Notes: generated from the sequence alone by a model not told the origin. Shown: positions 10,172 to 20,244, numbered from the stretch's first letter. The stretch is DNA of 64,000 nucleotides from Deinococcales bacterium (GCA_031414595.1 JANNVX010000015.1:29084-93083); one strand, 5' to 3'. A program made the numbers and translations.

Positions 10172-11277
10172 TTTAACAAATGTGTCACATCCACCGCCCG
10201 TAACTCGGGGGCTTTTTGTTCTGGCAGCACATCCATTGCCACCAAGCCCGCGCCCAGTTCTGTGCCAGCCAAGTATTTGAGTTTATCTTTGGTGCGGTAC
10301 GGCGGGTAAAACTCGAGGTGAAGATGGGCTTCTGGGTGGGCTTGTCCGTCGGTTGGGGCTTGGTGCATGACCATCAGGTACGGAAAAATCGGGCGATTAT
10401 CAAACATATGGTCAAACTTTAAGAGCAGTGTTTTTAGCACTAGCGCCAAGTCTTTACGTTCTAAGTCTGTTAGCTCGAGTAAACTGGCTTTGGGGGCAAT
10501 CGGGGCTATCCAAGTTTCAAATGGGTACCTCGAGAAAGCTGGAATAAAAGCAATCACCGTTTCAGTTTGCACCACGACTCGTTCGCCAGATTCGATTTCG
10601 GCTCTTATAATCCCCTCGAGTAAACCCTGCCCTGTTTTTGCAAAGTGGGCAGTCTGCATCTCGAGTTCACGCGCTGGGACTGGTGGGATATGGTCATAGG
10701 CATAGATTTGCCCATGCGGATGATGCAGCGTCACCCCCATTTCTACACCGCGATTCTCGAAGGGCATGATGTATTTAATTTGTTCAAGTAAGCCAAGTTC
10801 GCGGTAACGGTCAGTCCAAACCTCGAGCAACAATTCGATTTGTGCCAAGGGTAGCCGCCCAAGACTCGAGTTTGCATCATTATCAAAAACCACGACTTCG
10901 CATTTGCCAACACCCGCTACAGTTGGGACAAGCCCAGCATCTAGGGCTTCGGGCGGGTTGTGGGCATCGAGTTCTAAACTCGGGAAACGATTATCAAAAA
11001 CCGCAATTTCATAATCCCCAACGGGTAACTCTGTAGGGATTTCTGGGTTGGTCATTCGAGCAAGCGGGTTGTAATCGGGTGGTGGTAAAAACGGACGACT
11101 CTGGCGGTGAGCCGCAAAAGTAATCCATTCACCACGAAGCGGATGCCAACGCATGTGTGGATTGCCAACAATTGGTTCATTGCCCGGACTCGGGGCAACA
11201 ATGCCGTCTGGAATGGGCATACTCGAGTACAGATGAAGGGCGCGACCATCTGGCTTGGTTAAGGTTTTTTTATGCAC
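10168..11277 (-). CDS. galT: Galactose-1-phosphate uridylyltransferase
   Basis: FENRGVEMGVTLHHPHGQ (HxHxQ), FDNRFPSL, KLKYLAGTE. Confidence 0.95.
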   Translation of the reverse strand: MHKKTLTKPDGRALHLYSSMPIPDGIVAPSPGNEPIVGNPHMRWHPLRGEWITFAAHRQSRPFLPPPDYNPLARMTNPEIPTELPVGDYEIAVFDNRFPSLELDAHNPPEALDAGLVPTVAGVGKCEVVVFDNDANSSLGRLPLAQIELLLEVWTDRYRELGLLEQIKYIMPFENRGVEMGVTLHHPHGQIYAYDHIPPVPARELEMQTAHFAKTGQGLLEGIIRAEIESGERVVVQTETVIAFIPAFSRYPFETWIAPIAPKASLLELTDLERKDLALVLKTLLLKFDHMFDNRPIFPYLMVMHQAPTDGQAHPEAHLHLEFYPPYRTKDKLKYLAGTELGAGLVAMDVLPEQKAPELRAVDVTHLLN

Positions 11278-11305
11278 GGCTTTATTGTATCAGGTGGCTC
11301 GAGTT

Positions 11306-11860
11306 TTACTGTGTATTGATAACACTTATGTCGTCTATGCAAAAAACCGAGGGTTTAGAACCTCTAAAATCGGCTTTTAAGTACATGGCAACTTCTTGCC
11401 CGCCGTTGACAGCAATACCTTTACGATTGGTAATATCTATTTTGCGAGTCAAGTACCTGTCTCGAGTATCGCCTGTGGTAATGGTTGAACCGACCAAGGC
11501 TTCACCATTTCCAACAAAAACCTTAAAAGAATTGGCACTTGTCCCTGTATTTTCTAGGGTGTCCACCCGAACTGAAAACTCGAGGGTGGTTGTGCCTTTA
11601 TTTGGGACGATAAAATCTTGCCCAATGTCAGGTTCGGCAAATTCACCTTGGGTACTAAGCGCACCATACGCTGCACCATTTTTTGCACAATAAGCCTGTG
11701 TTCCTCGAGAAGCCTTATTAGAACTATACCTCCAGCCTGTATTGGTTTCAAAACCACCATTGATGATGAGTTCAGTGGTAATTGGTGTTGGAGGTGTAGG
11801 GCAGGCGACTAAGCCAAAACTGAGCAGTAAACCAGTTACAGAAATAATTTTGTTGTTCAT
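11306..11860 (-). CDS. Lipoprotein with a CBM/galactose-binding-like domain
   Basis: SD AAGGAG before the ATG at 11860; lipobox LVAC; ELIINGGFE...FCIDDISV pattern. Confidence 0.65.
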   Translation of the reverse strand: MNNKIISVTGLLLSFGLVACPTPPTPITTELIINGGFETNTGWRYSSNKASRGTQAYCAKNGAAYGALSTQGEFAEPDIGQDFIVPNKGTTTLEFSVRVDTLENTGTSANSFKVFVGNGEALVGSTITTGDTRDRYLTRKIDITNRKGIAVNGGQEVAMYLKADFRGSKPSVFCIDDISVINTQ

Positions 11861-11909
11861 AGACTTCTCCTTTAGACCAAGTATGAAGTATGGGTGGTTA
11901 CACCCTTGT

Positions 11910-14900
11910 CTAAGGAACTGGCATTTTTGCCGTTTGTACCAAAAAGTCCGACCAGTGTAGCGGTAATTGCTCGCCAATTTCTTTCATTTGTTCTCGGGTT
12001 TTTTCGTAAGCTCGGGCTAAAGACTTATAATTTTTGTTTTTTAGTAACGCCTGTAACCACAGCCGTATCGCCTCGAGGTGGTATGGGTCGGACTCGAGTA
12101 AAATGCGCGTAATCCGGATCGCTTCGCCCGTGTCGGTCTCGAGCAACTGATTGGCTTGTTCAATTAGGGCTTGGTGGAGTGTTTCGCGCAAGCTGTCGTC
12201 TCGTTTGATGGCAATGCCTTCTAAGTAAATTCCTGTCCATAATTGGGTGTTTTTGGTGCTTAGGAATTCTTCGACATCGGTGCTGAATTCGCCAAGGGCA
12301 TAACCATTGGGCGTGGTGATGATCGTGTTTTCACCATGGCTTTTTCGGACTTGGTAAATGGTTTTTCGCAATGCACCGGCGGCTTGAAACTCGTTTTCGT
12401 TTGGGTACAGCGCATCGAGTAAATCTAAGCGCCGTATTTCGTTGCGCCCAGCGATTCGAGCCTCGAGCAGAACCGCAAATAATTCTTTGCGTTTTGTGCC
12501 TTTAATCAGTTCGTTTTCGATTCGTAGGTTGCCAAGAGCCGATAAGTATTTTTTTGGCAGGCTGATGGTGCTTATTTGATGCTCGAGTTGTGGGTAGAGC
12601 CGCAGTGCAACATTGGCATAGTACAAACTCTCAGATTTTCGTAATTCCTCGAGGTAGCCTCGAGCCATTTGGTAATTGGCATTGCGGCATTCGTGTTCCA
12701 AAGCATAAAAATTTGCATCTGGCAAACTGCCACCAGCCCGTAAGCGTTTTTCGGCTTCTAGTAAGGCTTGTGTGGCTTCGGGTTGTCGTCCCAAGGCGTT
12801 GAGGGCTTGGTAACGGGCATGGTGCGGATAATTTTGCATGGCAGGGTAGTTCAGTTCATTTCCCATAGCCAAGGCTTCATCGGCTAATACCAGCCCTTGG
12901 GTAGGATTGCCAAACAGCGTCAGTGATTTAGACAACTGGTACAAACAATTGTTAATTAAACGCGGATTTTGAATAGCTCGAGCCACTTCTAAGCCTTTAC
13001 GGGCGAATTTTAGGGCTAACATTGGGGCGTAAGGAATATCCCAACCTCGGTACAAATAACTTAGGTGATTGCAAACTTCAATGTGCAGACCCGTTGGCTG
13101 GTTACGAGCATAGTGGCTTTCGGTCTCGAGCAAATGCTGTTCGGCTTCTTGGTACTGGGCAAGTTCGGTGTAAATCGCGTAGGTCAGAATCGCACACGTC
13201 CAATAATGCTGATTGCCCGCTTTTTCAAACAGATTCATGGCATTTTGGCAGTTTTCGGCAGCTAAACGCGGTGCGCCTGAATAATACAAATCTGAACCCA
13301 AACGGTACAAAACAAAAGCAATACCTTGTTCGTCGCCAAGTTTTTTGTAGATTTGTAACGCTTTGGTAAAATCTTGGTGTTCGACCCCCAAGTAAGTATT
13401 TAGCCGTCCTCGAGCCAGTAGCGCATCAGCTTTATGATTTTCTTGGTCGGCGATGATAAGCACTTTCTCGAGAATTATGGCGGCTTTCTTAAAATGACTT
13501 AGGGTTGTTAAACTGCTCGCCAGCAATAACCAGAAACGTGCATTGCGACTTTCTTGTAAGGCAGGCGACCGTTCAAAAAAACAAACTGCCTCGGCTGCGT
13601 TCTCGGCTAAACTCCGAATCATCACCTGATGCTCAAGCCACAACAGTTGTTGTTGGTCTGGTATGGACTGGAGTAACTGTTCGGCTTTGGTGTATTGTCC
13701 AATTTTAGCCAACACACACGCCCACTCAAAAGTATCGTTGGCATTTGCATTTTGAGTAGCCGCAAATAAAGCCGCCGCTTTGACCATCTGAAAAGGCAAC
13801 ACCAAATGCGCCATTTCTCGAGCCAGATTGGACTGTTCGGGTTGGTGGTAAAACGGTAAGGCTTGCAGGGTTAAATCGGCGGCTAACGAATAATTTTTGT
13901 TGTTTTGAGCTGCAAAAATAGCTTGCTCGAGGTATTCTTTTTGGGTTGCTTCGGGCAATTCTGCCATTTTCAAATACCCAACTCGAGCCAAGGGCTGGTC
14001 TTTGAGGGCTTCTATAATGCGTCTGGCTAAGGTTTTTTGTTGGGCTGATGGAATGATTTGCTGTGTGACTTCTTGAAATAATGGATGGCGCAGTTCATCC
14101 CTGACTAAAATCCCTGCTTGTTCTAAATTGATTCGAGCCAGTAACAATTGGTCTGGTGTTAAATCCGCTACCAATGCCCAAAAATCAAAGTTTGAATCTG
14201 GTGGAATCATTGCCTTGGCATACAGCGCTTGGGCGACAAGCGTATCTTTGGTCAAATGCAATACCGATTGCTCAATCAGCACTTCGATGGTGATTGGTAA
14301 AATGCTTTTTTCGGGTTCATGCCAACGCCATTGCCGACCATCGTTCCATAAATAACCTTGTTGCCTTAAAAACCGCACAAACTCGAGGCTGAACAGTGGA
14401 TTACCTGTTGTTCGGGCAAATAACCAATCAAGAGCTTGACTTGGTAAAACTGCCAAAAATTCGGTCTCGAGCAGTAGTTTGGTGTTTTCTTGGTTCAAGG
14501 ACTCGAGTCTAAGCGCTTCAAAAGGTTCGGGTGGCAAGTGGCGACTGGTAACCAGTAAACCCACGCCTTTGCTGCGAGTTATACGCACCGCCAATTCTTG
14601 TACCAATTCGAGTTGACCGCCACTGACTTCATGAATATCTTCTAAGTGCAGGATAACTGGTGCAAGCCCGCCCAAAACTGCCACAATGGTATCTATTATT
14701 TTGATTGGTTCAACAAATTCATGTCGTTGCAGATTTTGGATCACTCGAGTACAAAATTCTGGAAGTTTACTCGGGCGTGGCAAATGCAGTAAACACTGCC
14801 CAAAGTCAAGGCTTGCATGAACACTTAAAGATTGGAACGAAAGTTCGCTAAAAAGTTGTTGTACAGCGTGTGTTTTACCAATGCCTGCTTCGCCCCACAA

Positions 14901-14996
14901 GCCCAGCAACAAACCATTTCGCTTAAACGGCAGCGCTTTACAGCGTTTTTGTAACCATGTGCGTTGAGACTCCCGATTCTCTACTTTTGCACGCAT
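11910..14996 (-). CDS. STAND-type regulator: N-terminal NTPase, TPR-like repeats, C-terminal wHTH/BTAD (SARP-like)
   Basis: Walker A GEAGIGKT, Walker B LHLEDIH, GNPLF. C-terminal LLDALYP, TTPNGYAL, TDVEEF and DPYHLEA. Confidence 0.8.
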   Translation of the reverse strand: MRAKVENRESQRTWLQKRCKALPFKRNGLLLGLWGEAGIGKTHAVQQLFSELSFQSLSVHASLDFGQCLLHLPRPSKLPEFCTRVIQNLQRHEFVEPIKIIDTIVAVLGGLAPVILHLEDIHEVSGGQLELVQELAVRITRSKGVGLLVTSRHLPPEPFEALRLESLNQENTKLLLETEFLAVLPSQALDWLFARTTGNPLFSLEFVRFLRQQGYLWNDGRQWRWHEPEKSILPITIEVLIEQSVLHLTKDTLVAQALYAKAMIPPDSNFDFWALVADLTPDQLLLARINLEQAGILVRDELRHPLFQEVTQQIIPSAQQKTLARRIIEALKDQPLARVGYLKMAELPEATQKEYLEQAIFAAQNNKNYSLAADLTLQALPFYHQPEQSNLAREMAHLVLPFQMVKAAALFAATQNANANDTFEWACVLAKIGQYTKAEQLLQSIPDQQQLLWLEHQVMIRSLAENAAEAVCFFERSPALQESRNARFWLLLASSLTTLSHFKKAAIILEKVLIIADQENHKADALLARGRLNTYLGVEHQDFTKALQIYKKLGDEQGIAFVLYRLGSDLYYSGAPRLAAENCQNAMNLFEKAGNQHYWTCAILTYAIYTELAQYQEAEQHLLETESHYARNQPTGLHIEVCNHLSYLYRGWDIPYAPMLALKFARKGLEVARAIQNPRLINNCLYQLSKSLTLFGNPTQGLVLADEALAMGNELNYPAMQNYPHHARYQALNALGRQPEATQALLEAEKRLRAGGSLPDANFYALEHECRNANYQMARGYLEELRKSESLYYANVALRLYPQLEHQISTISLPKKYLSALGNLRIENELIKGTKRKELFAVLLEARIAGRNEIRRLDLLDALYPNENEFQAAGALRKTIYQVRKSHGENTIITTPNGYALGEFSTDVEEFLSTKNTQLWTGIYLEGIAIKRDDSLRETLHQALIEQANQLLETDTGEAIRITRILLESDPYHLEAIRLWLQALLKNKNYKSLARAYEKTREQMKEIGEQLPLHWSDFLVQTAKMPVP

Positions 14997-15038
14997 TCGC
15001 CACTATACCCGAATTTAGAAATTAAGCTGTTAATAACG

Positions 15039-16658
15039 CTACATTTTATACTGCTTATACTGATGTAAAAGGGCGTTGGTGCTGCTGTCTTGTTCTGTCG
15101 GTGCTGCTTGACCCTCGAGCAATTGCGGGGCGATATTTTGGGCTAAGACTTTGCCAAGCTCCACGCCCCATTGGTCAAAGCTGTTCACATCCCAAATAAT
15201 GCCTTGCACAAAAACCTTATGCTCGTACAGGGCTACCAACGCGCCAAGTGTAAATGGGTTTAGTTCTTTTGCCAAAATGGTGTTACTCGGCTTATTGCCC
15301 GCAAAAACTTTGTGCGCTATCAGTTCAGGTTTCACGCCGTCTCGAGCCACCTCTTCGGGCATTTTGCCAAATGCCAGCGCTTGGGTTTGGGCAAAAACAT
15401 TGGCTAATAAAATTTCATGGTGGTTAGACAGTGGGTTTAAGCTCTGTGAAAAAGTAATAAAATCACAGGGAATCAGTTTAGAACCCTGATGGATTAACTG
15501 ATAAAAGGCGTGTTGACCATTTGTGCCGGGCTGCCCCCAAATAATTTGCCCAGTCTGATAGTCGGTTCTCGAGCCGAGTAAAGTGGTGGTTTTGCCGTTA
15601 CTTTCCATATCGAGTTGCTGCAAATAAGCACTAAAATAGGTCAGGTAGTGGTCGTATGGCAGTACCGCATGGCTGGCTGCTCCAAAAAAATTGTTGTACC
15701 AAATGCCGAGTAACCCAAGAATAATGGGCATGTTCTGATCTAGAGGTGCGGTGCGAAAATGTGTGTCCATGCTTCTAAAACCCTCGAGCATGGCGTGATA
15801 GTTTTGTTCACCAATCGCAATCATTAAACTTAAACCGACCGCCGAAGTCATGCTATAGCGCCCTCCAACCCAATCCCAAAAGCCAAACATATTCTTGGTG
15901 TCAATGCCAAACTCTGCCACGGCTTTGGCATTGGTACTGACGGCAACAAAGTGCTTTGATATTGCATCCTCGTCTTTTAAGACTCCCAAACTCCAAGCCC
16001 GTGCCGAACGTGCATTGGTCATGGTTTCTTGGGTGGTAAAAGTTTTAGAGCAAATGATAAACAGGGTTTCTTCGGGGTCTAAGTCGCGGGTATTTTCGGT
16101 AAAATCGGTGCTGTCAACGTTCGATACAAAACGAAATGTCAGATTTCGGCTCGAGTAAAACCCAAGGGCTTTATACGCCATCACAGGACCTAAATCAGAG
16201 CCACCAATCCCGATGTTGACAATGTTTTTAATCGGTTTATTGGTATGCCCAAGCCAAGTCTGATTGCGGATTTGTTCGGCAAAAAGCGCCATGCTGTCTA
16301 GCACTGCGTACACTTCGGGGATAACATTAGTTCCATCTACCCGAACATCGGCATCTCGAGCCGCCCGAAGTGCCGTGTGTAGCACCGCTCGGTTTTCGGT
16401 GGTGTTGATTTTTTGCCCCACAAACATGGCTTCGCGTTTCTGCTCGAGTCTGGAGGTTTTGGCTAACTCGAGCAGTAAGCTCATGGTTTTATCCGTGACT
16501 CGGTTTTTAGAGTAATCCAAATACAATCCAGCCGCCTCGAGTGAAAACCGAGTGCCACGAGAAGCATCCAAGTCAAATAATTCGCGCAAATGGGTGTCTT
16601 TAATTTCTTGGTGGTGTTGCTCGAGTGCCTGCCAAGCTGCTGATTGTGTGATTGACAT
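15039..16658 (-). CDS. pgi: Glucose-6-phosphate isomerase
   Basis: [36 protein letters not shown] before the ATG at 16658. Confidence 0.97.
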   Translation of the reverse strand: MSITQSAAWQALEQHHQEIKDTHLRELFDLDASRGTRFSLEAAGLYLDYSKNRVTDKTMSLLLELAKTSRLEQKREAMFVGQKINTTENRAVLHTALRAARDADVRVDGTNVIPEVYAVLDSMALFAEQIRNQTWLGHTNKPIKNIVNIGIGGSDLGPVMAYKALGFYSSRNLTFRFVSNVDSTDFTENTRDLDPEETLFIICSKTFTTQETMTNARSARAWSLGVLKDEDAISKHFVAVSTNAKAVAEFGIDTKNMFGFWDWVGGRYSMTSAVGLSLMIAIGEQNYHAMLEGFRSMDTHFRTAPLDQNMPIILGLLGIWYNNFFGAASHAVLPYDHYLTYFSAYLQQLDMESNGKTTTLLGSRTDYQTGQIIWGQPGTNGQHAFYQLIHQGSKLIPCDFITFSQSLNPLSNHHEILLANVFAQTQALAFGKMPEEVARDGVKPELIAHKVFAGNKPSNTILAKELNPFTLGALVALYEHKVFVQGIIWDVNSFDQWGVELGKVLAQNIAPQLLEGQAAPTEQDSSTNALLHQYKQYKM

Positions 16659-16754
16659 AAAACTCCTTTGGGGATGGCTAATTTTCTTATTTTTGATTGT
16701 GGGAAAATCACTTTTCACAAGGCGAGGCTTCTTGACCATATACGCGCACCTTAC

Positions 16755-16781
16755 GGGCATGGTCGCATGCCTCGCCCCTAC
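16755..16781 (-). repeat. GTAG-family REP-like palindrome
   Basis: GTAGGGGCGAGGCATGCGACCATGCCC; related to the copy at 20833-20856. Confidence 0.6.
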
Positions 16782-16798
16782 GGTTTATCGAATAAATT

Positions 16799-16847
16799 GA
16801 AAGAGGAAAGCGGATATTTAATTCCTCTTTCCTCTTTCCTCTTTCCT
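16799..16847 (-). terminator. Hairpin built from TTCCTCT heptamer repeats after gltA
   Basis: GAAAGAGGAA pairs with TTCCTCTTTC; about 3.7 tandem heptamers. Confidence 0.45.
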
Positions 16848-18017
16848 TCACCTCTGCTCGAGTGGAATCCAATGTGCATCCGAAGGACCCGTATAATTGG
16901 CGGTCGGTCGCAAAATACTGTTTTTATGGGTGTATTCGATGATGCTGGCTGTCCAACCTGCAATTCTCGAGAGTGCGAATATCGGGGTGAAGAAAGATTT
17001 TGGTAAGCCAAGGTCGGAGTAAACCACACCACTGTAAAAATCCACGTTAGGGTAAATGCCGCGACTGCCAAGGCGAGCCACAACAATCTCTTCGACTTTT
17101 TCGAGTGTGCTGTACGCTATGCTTTTACCGTGTTTATTGGCAACCACTTCGGCATATTCTTTAAGGACTCGAGAACGCGGGTCAAAGAATTTATAGACTG
17201 CGTGTCCGACCCCCATGATTTTCTCTTTTCTCTCGAGTTTGGCGTTGATAAACGCTTCGGCATTTTCTGGACTGCCAATCAAAGCCAACATGTCCATCAC
17301 AGCTTCGTTTGCTCCACCGTGCAGTGGACCTTTTAAGCTACCTATCGCACTGGTGACACTCGAGTACATATCCGATAAAGTGCTGGCAGTGGCGATGCCT
17401 GTAAAGGTACTGGCGTTCATACCGTGGTCAGCGTGGAGAATTAAAGCAATATCAAATAATCTGGCTTGCTCGAGACTCGGTTCGGCATCGTGCAGCATGT
17501 ACAAGAAGTTTGCTGCATGACTTAATTCTGACTTTGGAGCGATTGGCTCTAGTCCTTGTTGTAAACGAAACAGGGCAGCGATAATTGTGGCGGTTTGGGC
17601 GGTTAAATTTAGCGCCTTGTCGAGTTTGCCGCTTTCGCTCACGTCATCGGCATGGTCATCAAACATTGCTAGGCTCGAGATGGCGGTTCGCAGGGCGTGC
17701 ATCGGATGTAGGTTTTTTGGGTATAAACGCATCAGGGCGGTTAAACCACTGGGAATAACCCGGCGGGCTTTTAGCGCCAAATCAAAGGTCTCGAGTTCGG
17801 TTTGGCTGGGAAGACGAGCATTAAAGAGCAGAAAAGCCGTTTCTTCATAGGTGCTGTTCTCGGCGAGTTCTTGAATTGGAATGCCGACATATTTGAGGAT
17901 TCCTTTTTCACCATCTATAAATGAGAGCTTGGATTCGGTAAAAACCACGCCTTTTAACCCGTCCATGACGGCTGGCTTGGTGCTAATAGAAACATCTTGC
18001 GGGGTTGGTTGACTCAC
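16848..18017 (-). CDS. gltA: Citrate synthase (type I/methylcitrate synthase family)
   Basis: LHADHGMNAST, GPLHGGAN, MGVGHAVY, YPNVDFYSG. Confidence 0.92.
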   Translation of the reverse strand: MSQPTPQDVSISTKPAVMDGLKGVVFTESKLSFIDGEKGILKYVGIPIQELAENSTYEETAFLLFNARLPSQTELETFDLALKARRVIPSGLTALMRLYPKNLHPMHALRTAISSLAMFDDHADDVSESGKLDKALNLTAQTATIIAALFRLQQGLEPIAPKSELSHAANFLYMLHDAEPSLEQARLFDIALILHADHGMNASTFTGIATASTLSDMYSSVTSAIGSLKGPLHGGANEAVMDMLALIGSPENAEAFINAKLERKEKIMGVGHAVYKFFDPRSRVLKEYAEVVANKHGKSIAYSTLEKVEEIVVARLGSRGIYPNVDFYSGVVYSDLGLPKSFFTPIFALSRIAGWTASIIEYTHKNSILRPTANYTGPSDAHWIPLEQR

Positions 18018-18161
18018 TTTTAAGCTCCTTTGATTTTGGCACAGCCTTCAAAGTATTTTACACCTCGAGCCGTGCTGAATTACAGGTGTTTCTTAAGGAG
18101 TGATTAGAATACGTGCTTAAAGGTAAAACACAAAACGCAAACGTTTGTTACTTAAATCAAT

Positions 18162-18187
18162 AAAAAAGGGCGAACTTATGTTCGCCC
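18162..18187 (-). terminator. Intrinsic terminator of csp copy 1
   Basis: GGGCGAAC/GTTCGCCC stem followed by a U tract on the minus strand. Confidence 0.85.
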
Positions 18188-18205
18188 GAAAGTGGTCTGG
18201 TCGGA

Positions 18206-18412
18206 TTAAGCGCGGGTCACATTCGCTGCTTGTGGACCTTTGCCGTTCTTACCGTTTTCGATCTCGAGTTTTACACGAGTACCTTCTTCGAGATTACGGT
18301 AGCCATCACCTTGAATTGCGCTGAAATGCACAAATACATCTGGTTGACCTTCGACGCTGATAAAACCATAACCTTTTTCTGAGCTGAACCATTTAACTAC
18401 ACCTTCAATCAT
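18206..18412 (-). CDS. cspA: Cold-shock protein, copy 1
   Basis: RNP1 KGYGFI, RNP2 VFVHFS, KGPQA. Confidence 0.95.
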   Translation of the reverse strand: MIEGVVKWFSSEKGYGFISVEGQPDVFVHFSAIQGDGYRNLEEGTRVKLEIENGKNGKGPQAANVTRA

Positions 18413-18520
18413 GAAACTCCTTGCCGCTAATTATTGCGGGTACAACATAGCCAAGAACCACATCTGCTTGAGAATTCGCTTTGCATTTCACAAAGGCTCT
18501 CAAGTCGAACCCCGACTAGG
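18413..18520 (-). promoter_or_regulatory. Structured 5' leader of csp copy 1, downstream of the extended -10 TGCTATAGT
   Basis: Three hairpins are conserved, with covariation, relative to the copy 2 leader. Confidence 0.65.
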
Positions 18521-18583
18521 CTCTATTACTATAGCAGATAATTGCCAAGTGTGTATGGGGTAATAAAATGTTGTAGTCGGTAC

Positions 18584-18609
18584 AAAAAGGGCGAACAGAA
18601 TGTTCGCCC
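18584..18609 (-). terminator. Intrinsic terminator of csp copy 2
   Basis: GGGCGAAC/GTTCGCCC stem followed by a U tract. Confidence 0.85.
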
Positions 18610-18646
18610 GAGTGAGGTCTTAAAATTGCGCTAGAGGCTGGTTGTC

Positions 18647-18853
18647 TTAAGCGCGGTTGACGTTGGCTGCTTGTGGACCTTTGCCGTTCTTACCGTTTTC
18701 GATCTCGAGTTTTACGCGAGTACCTTCTTCGAGATTACGGTAGCCATCACCTTGAATTGCGCTGAAATGCACAAATACATCTGGTTGACCTTCGACGCTG
18801 ATAAAACCATAACCTTTTTCCGAACTGAACCATTTAACTACACCTTCGACCAT
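18647..18853 (-). CDS. cspA: Cold-shock protein, copy 2
   Basis: 68 aa, differing from copy 1 at 2 residues; SD AAGGAG before the ATG at 18853. Confidence 0.95.
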   Translation of the reverse strand: MVEGVVKWFSSEKGYGFISVEGQPDVFVHFSAIQGDGYRNLEEGTRVKLEIENGKNGKGPQAANVNRA

Positions 18854-18965
18854 GAAACTCCTTGCCGCTTTTCCTGCGGATAAAACCTGACTCGAGGACT
18901 GCATCTGCTCGAGTCTGACCGCCGCATTTCACGGGGTCTCTCGAGTCGAAACTCGACCAAGCAAC
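18854..18965 (-). promoter_or_regulatory. Structured 5' leader of csp copy 2, downstream of the extended -10 TGCTACACT
   Basis: Same hairpin architecture as the copy 1 leader. Confidence 0.65.
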
Positions 18966-19017
18966 AGTAGTGTAGCATAGAATTCAAGACTTTGTGCCTT
19001 TCGTAAACGTTTGTTAA

Positions 19018-19062
19018 ATTAGATTTGGATATAATCAAGCCATTAGATTTGGATATAATCAA
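19018..19062 (+). repeat. 21-bp direct repeat (24-bp period) containing the crtY -10 box
   Basis: ATTAGATTTGGATATAATCAA at 19018 and 19042. Confidence 0.9.
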
Positions 19063-19065
19063 CCA

Positions 19066-20244
19066 ATGCAACCTACCCAAGACTTTGATTATATTTTTGC
19101 TGGAGCAGGTGCAAGCGGTTTGGCATTGGCTTATTTTTTGCCTGCTTCGGCTCGAGTCTTGCTGATTGACAAAGTGCAAAAAACCAAGAATGACCGAACG
19201 TGGTGTTTTTGGGAAAGTACCCCCAATCCTTTTGACCATCTGGTTTATCGTCGCTGGGACAACATTTTTTTTTATGCTCCAGATTTTTCAAATCGCTTTG
19301 CGATTGCGCCGTATCAGTATAAAATGATTCGCGGCATAGACTTTTACACGTTTTTAAGGCAGGAATTGCAAAAACGTCCAAATGTAGAGTTTGTTTACGG
19401 CGAAATAGAAAATCTCGAGTCAGATAACCAAAAAGCTCGAATTACAGTGAATGGCACAACTCATACTGCTTCTTGGATTTTTAACAGTGCTTTACGCCCA
19501 GATGTACTAAGTGGTTATCATCATCTGCTCCAACATTTCAAAGGTTATGTCTTACGCACCAATCAAGCTGCCTTTGACCCCAGTACAGCCACCTTTATGG
19601 ATTTTCGGATTGCCCAAAACAACGAAACTCGTTTTGTCTATGTGTTGCCTTTTGACTCTCAAACTGCACTGGTCGAATACACCCTTTTCTCGAGTACAAT
19701 ACTGCCCGAAGCCGAATACGACACTGCTCTGCACGATTATCTTAAGCACTACCTAAAACTAGACCAGTATGAAATTCTCGAGACCGAAGCTGGGGTCATC
19801 CCGATGACCGATGCGCCTTTTGCCCGTTTACACAGCCCTCGAGTAATGAACATTGGCATTGCTGGCGGACGTGCCAAAGCCAGCACTGGCTATGCTTTTA
19901 AGCGCATTCTTTATCAAGCCCAAGCCATTGCTAAGCATCTGACGGAAACGGGTTCACCGCTTTTTTCGCAGAGCCGCTTTGATCGTCACGCTTGGATGGA
20001 TAGTGTCTACTTGCGGGTTCTCGAGCAGAAACGGATTGGTGGGGCGAGTTTTTTTAGTGATTTATTTAAGCACAATCCCGCCACGACCGTCCTTAAATTT
20101 TTAGATGAAGCCAGTAGCCCTTTAGAAGACTTAAAACTGATGTCTAGCGTCAATATCCCAGTTTTTAGCCGCAGTGCAATTGAGATTACGGCTCAGAGTG
20201 CGCGACGTTCACTAATCCGGATTGCACCCAATATCACACGATAA
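19066..20244 (+). CDS. crtY: Lycopene cyclase family protein (CrtY/CrtL type)
   Basis: FAD motif GAGASG; NDRTWCFW, FMDFR, FVYVLP, EAGVIPM, KASTGYAF. Confidence 0.88.
   Translation: MQPTQDFDYIFAGAGASGLALAYFLPASARVLLIDKVQKTKNDRTWCFWESTPNPFDHLVYRRWDNIFFYAPDFSNRFAIAPYQYKMIRGIDFYTFLRQELQKRPNVEFVYGEIENLESDNQKARITVNGTTHTASWIFNSALRPDVLSGYHHLLQHFKGYVLRTNQAAFDPSTATFMDFRIAQNNETRFVYVLPFDSQTALVEYTLFSSTILPEAEYDTALHDYLKHYLKLDQYEILETEAGVIPMTDAPFARLHSPRVMNIGIAGGRAKASTGYAFKRILYQAQAIAKHLTETGSPLFSQSRFDRHAWMDSVYLRVLEQKRIGGASFFSDLFKHNPATTVLKFLDEASSPLEDLKLMSSVNIPVFSRSAIEITAQSARRSLIRIAPNITR

Noticed and set aside
18854-18904. 17-aa N-terminal extension of csp copy 2
   Set aside because: The SD and the alignment with copy 1 place the start at 18853; the extension is leader RNA.
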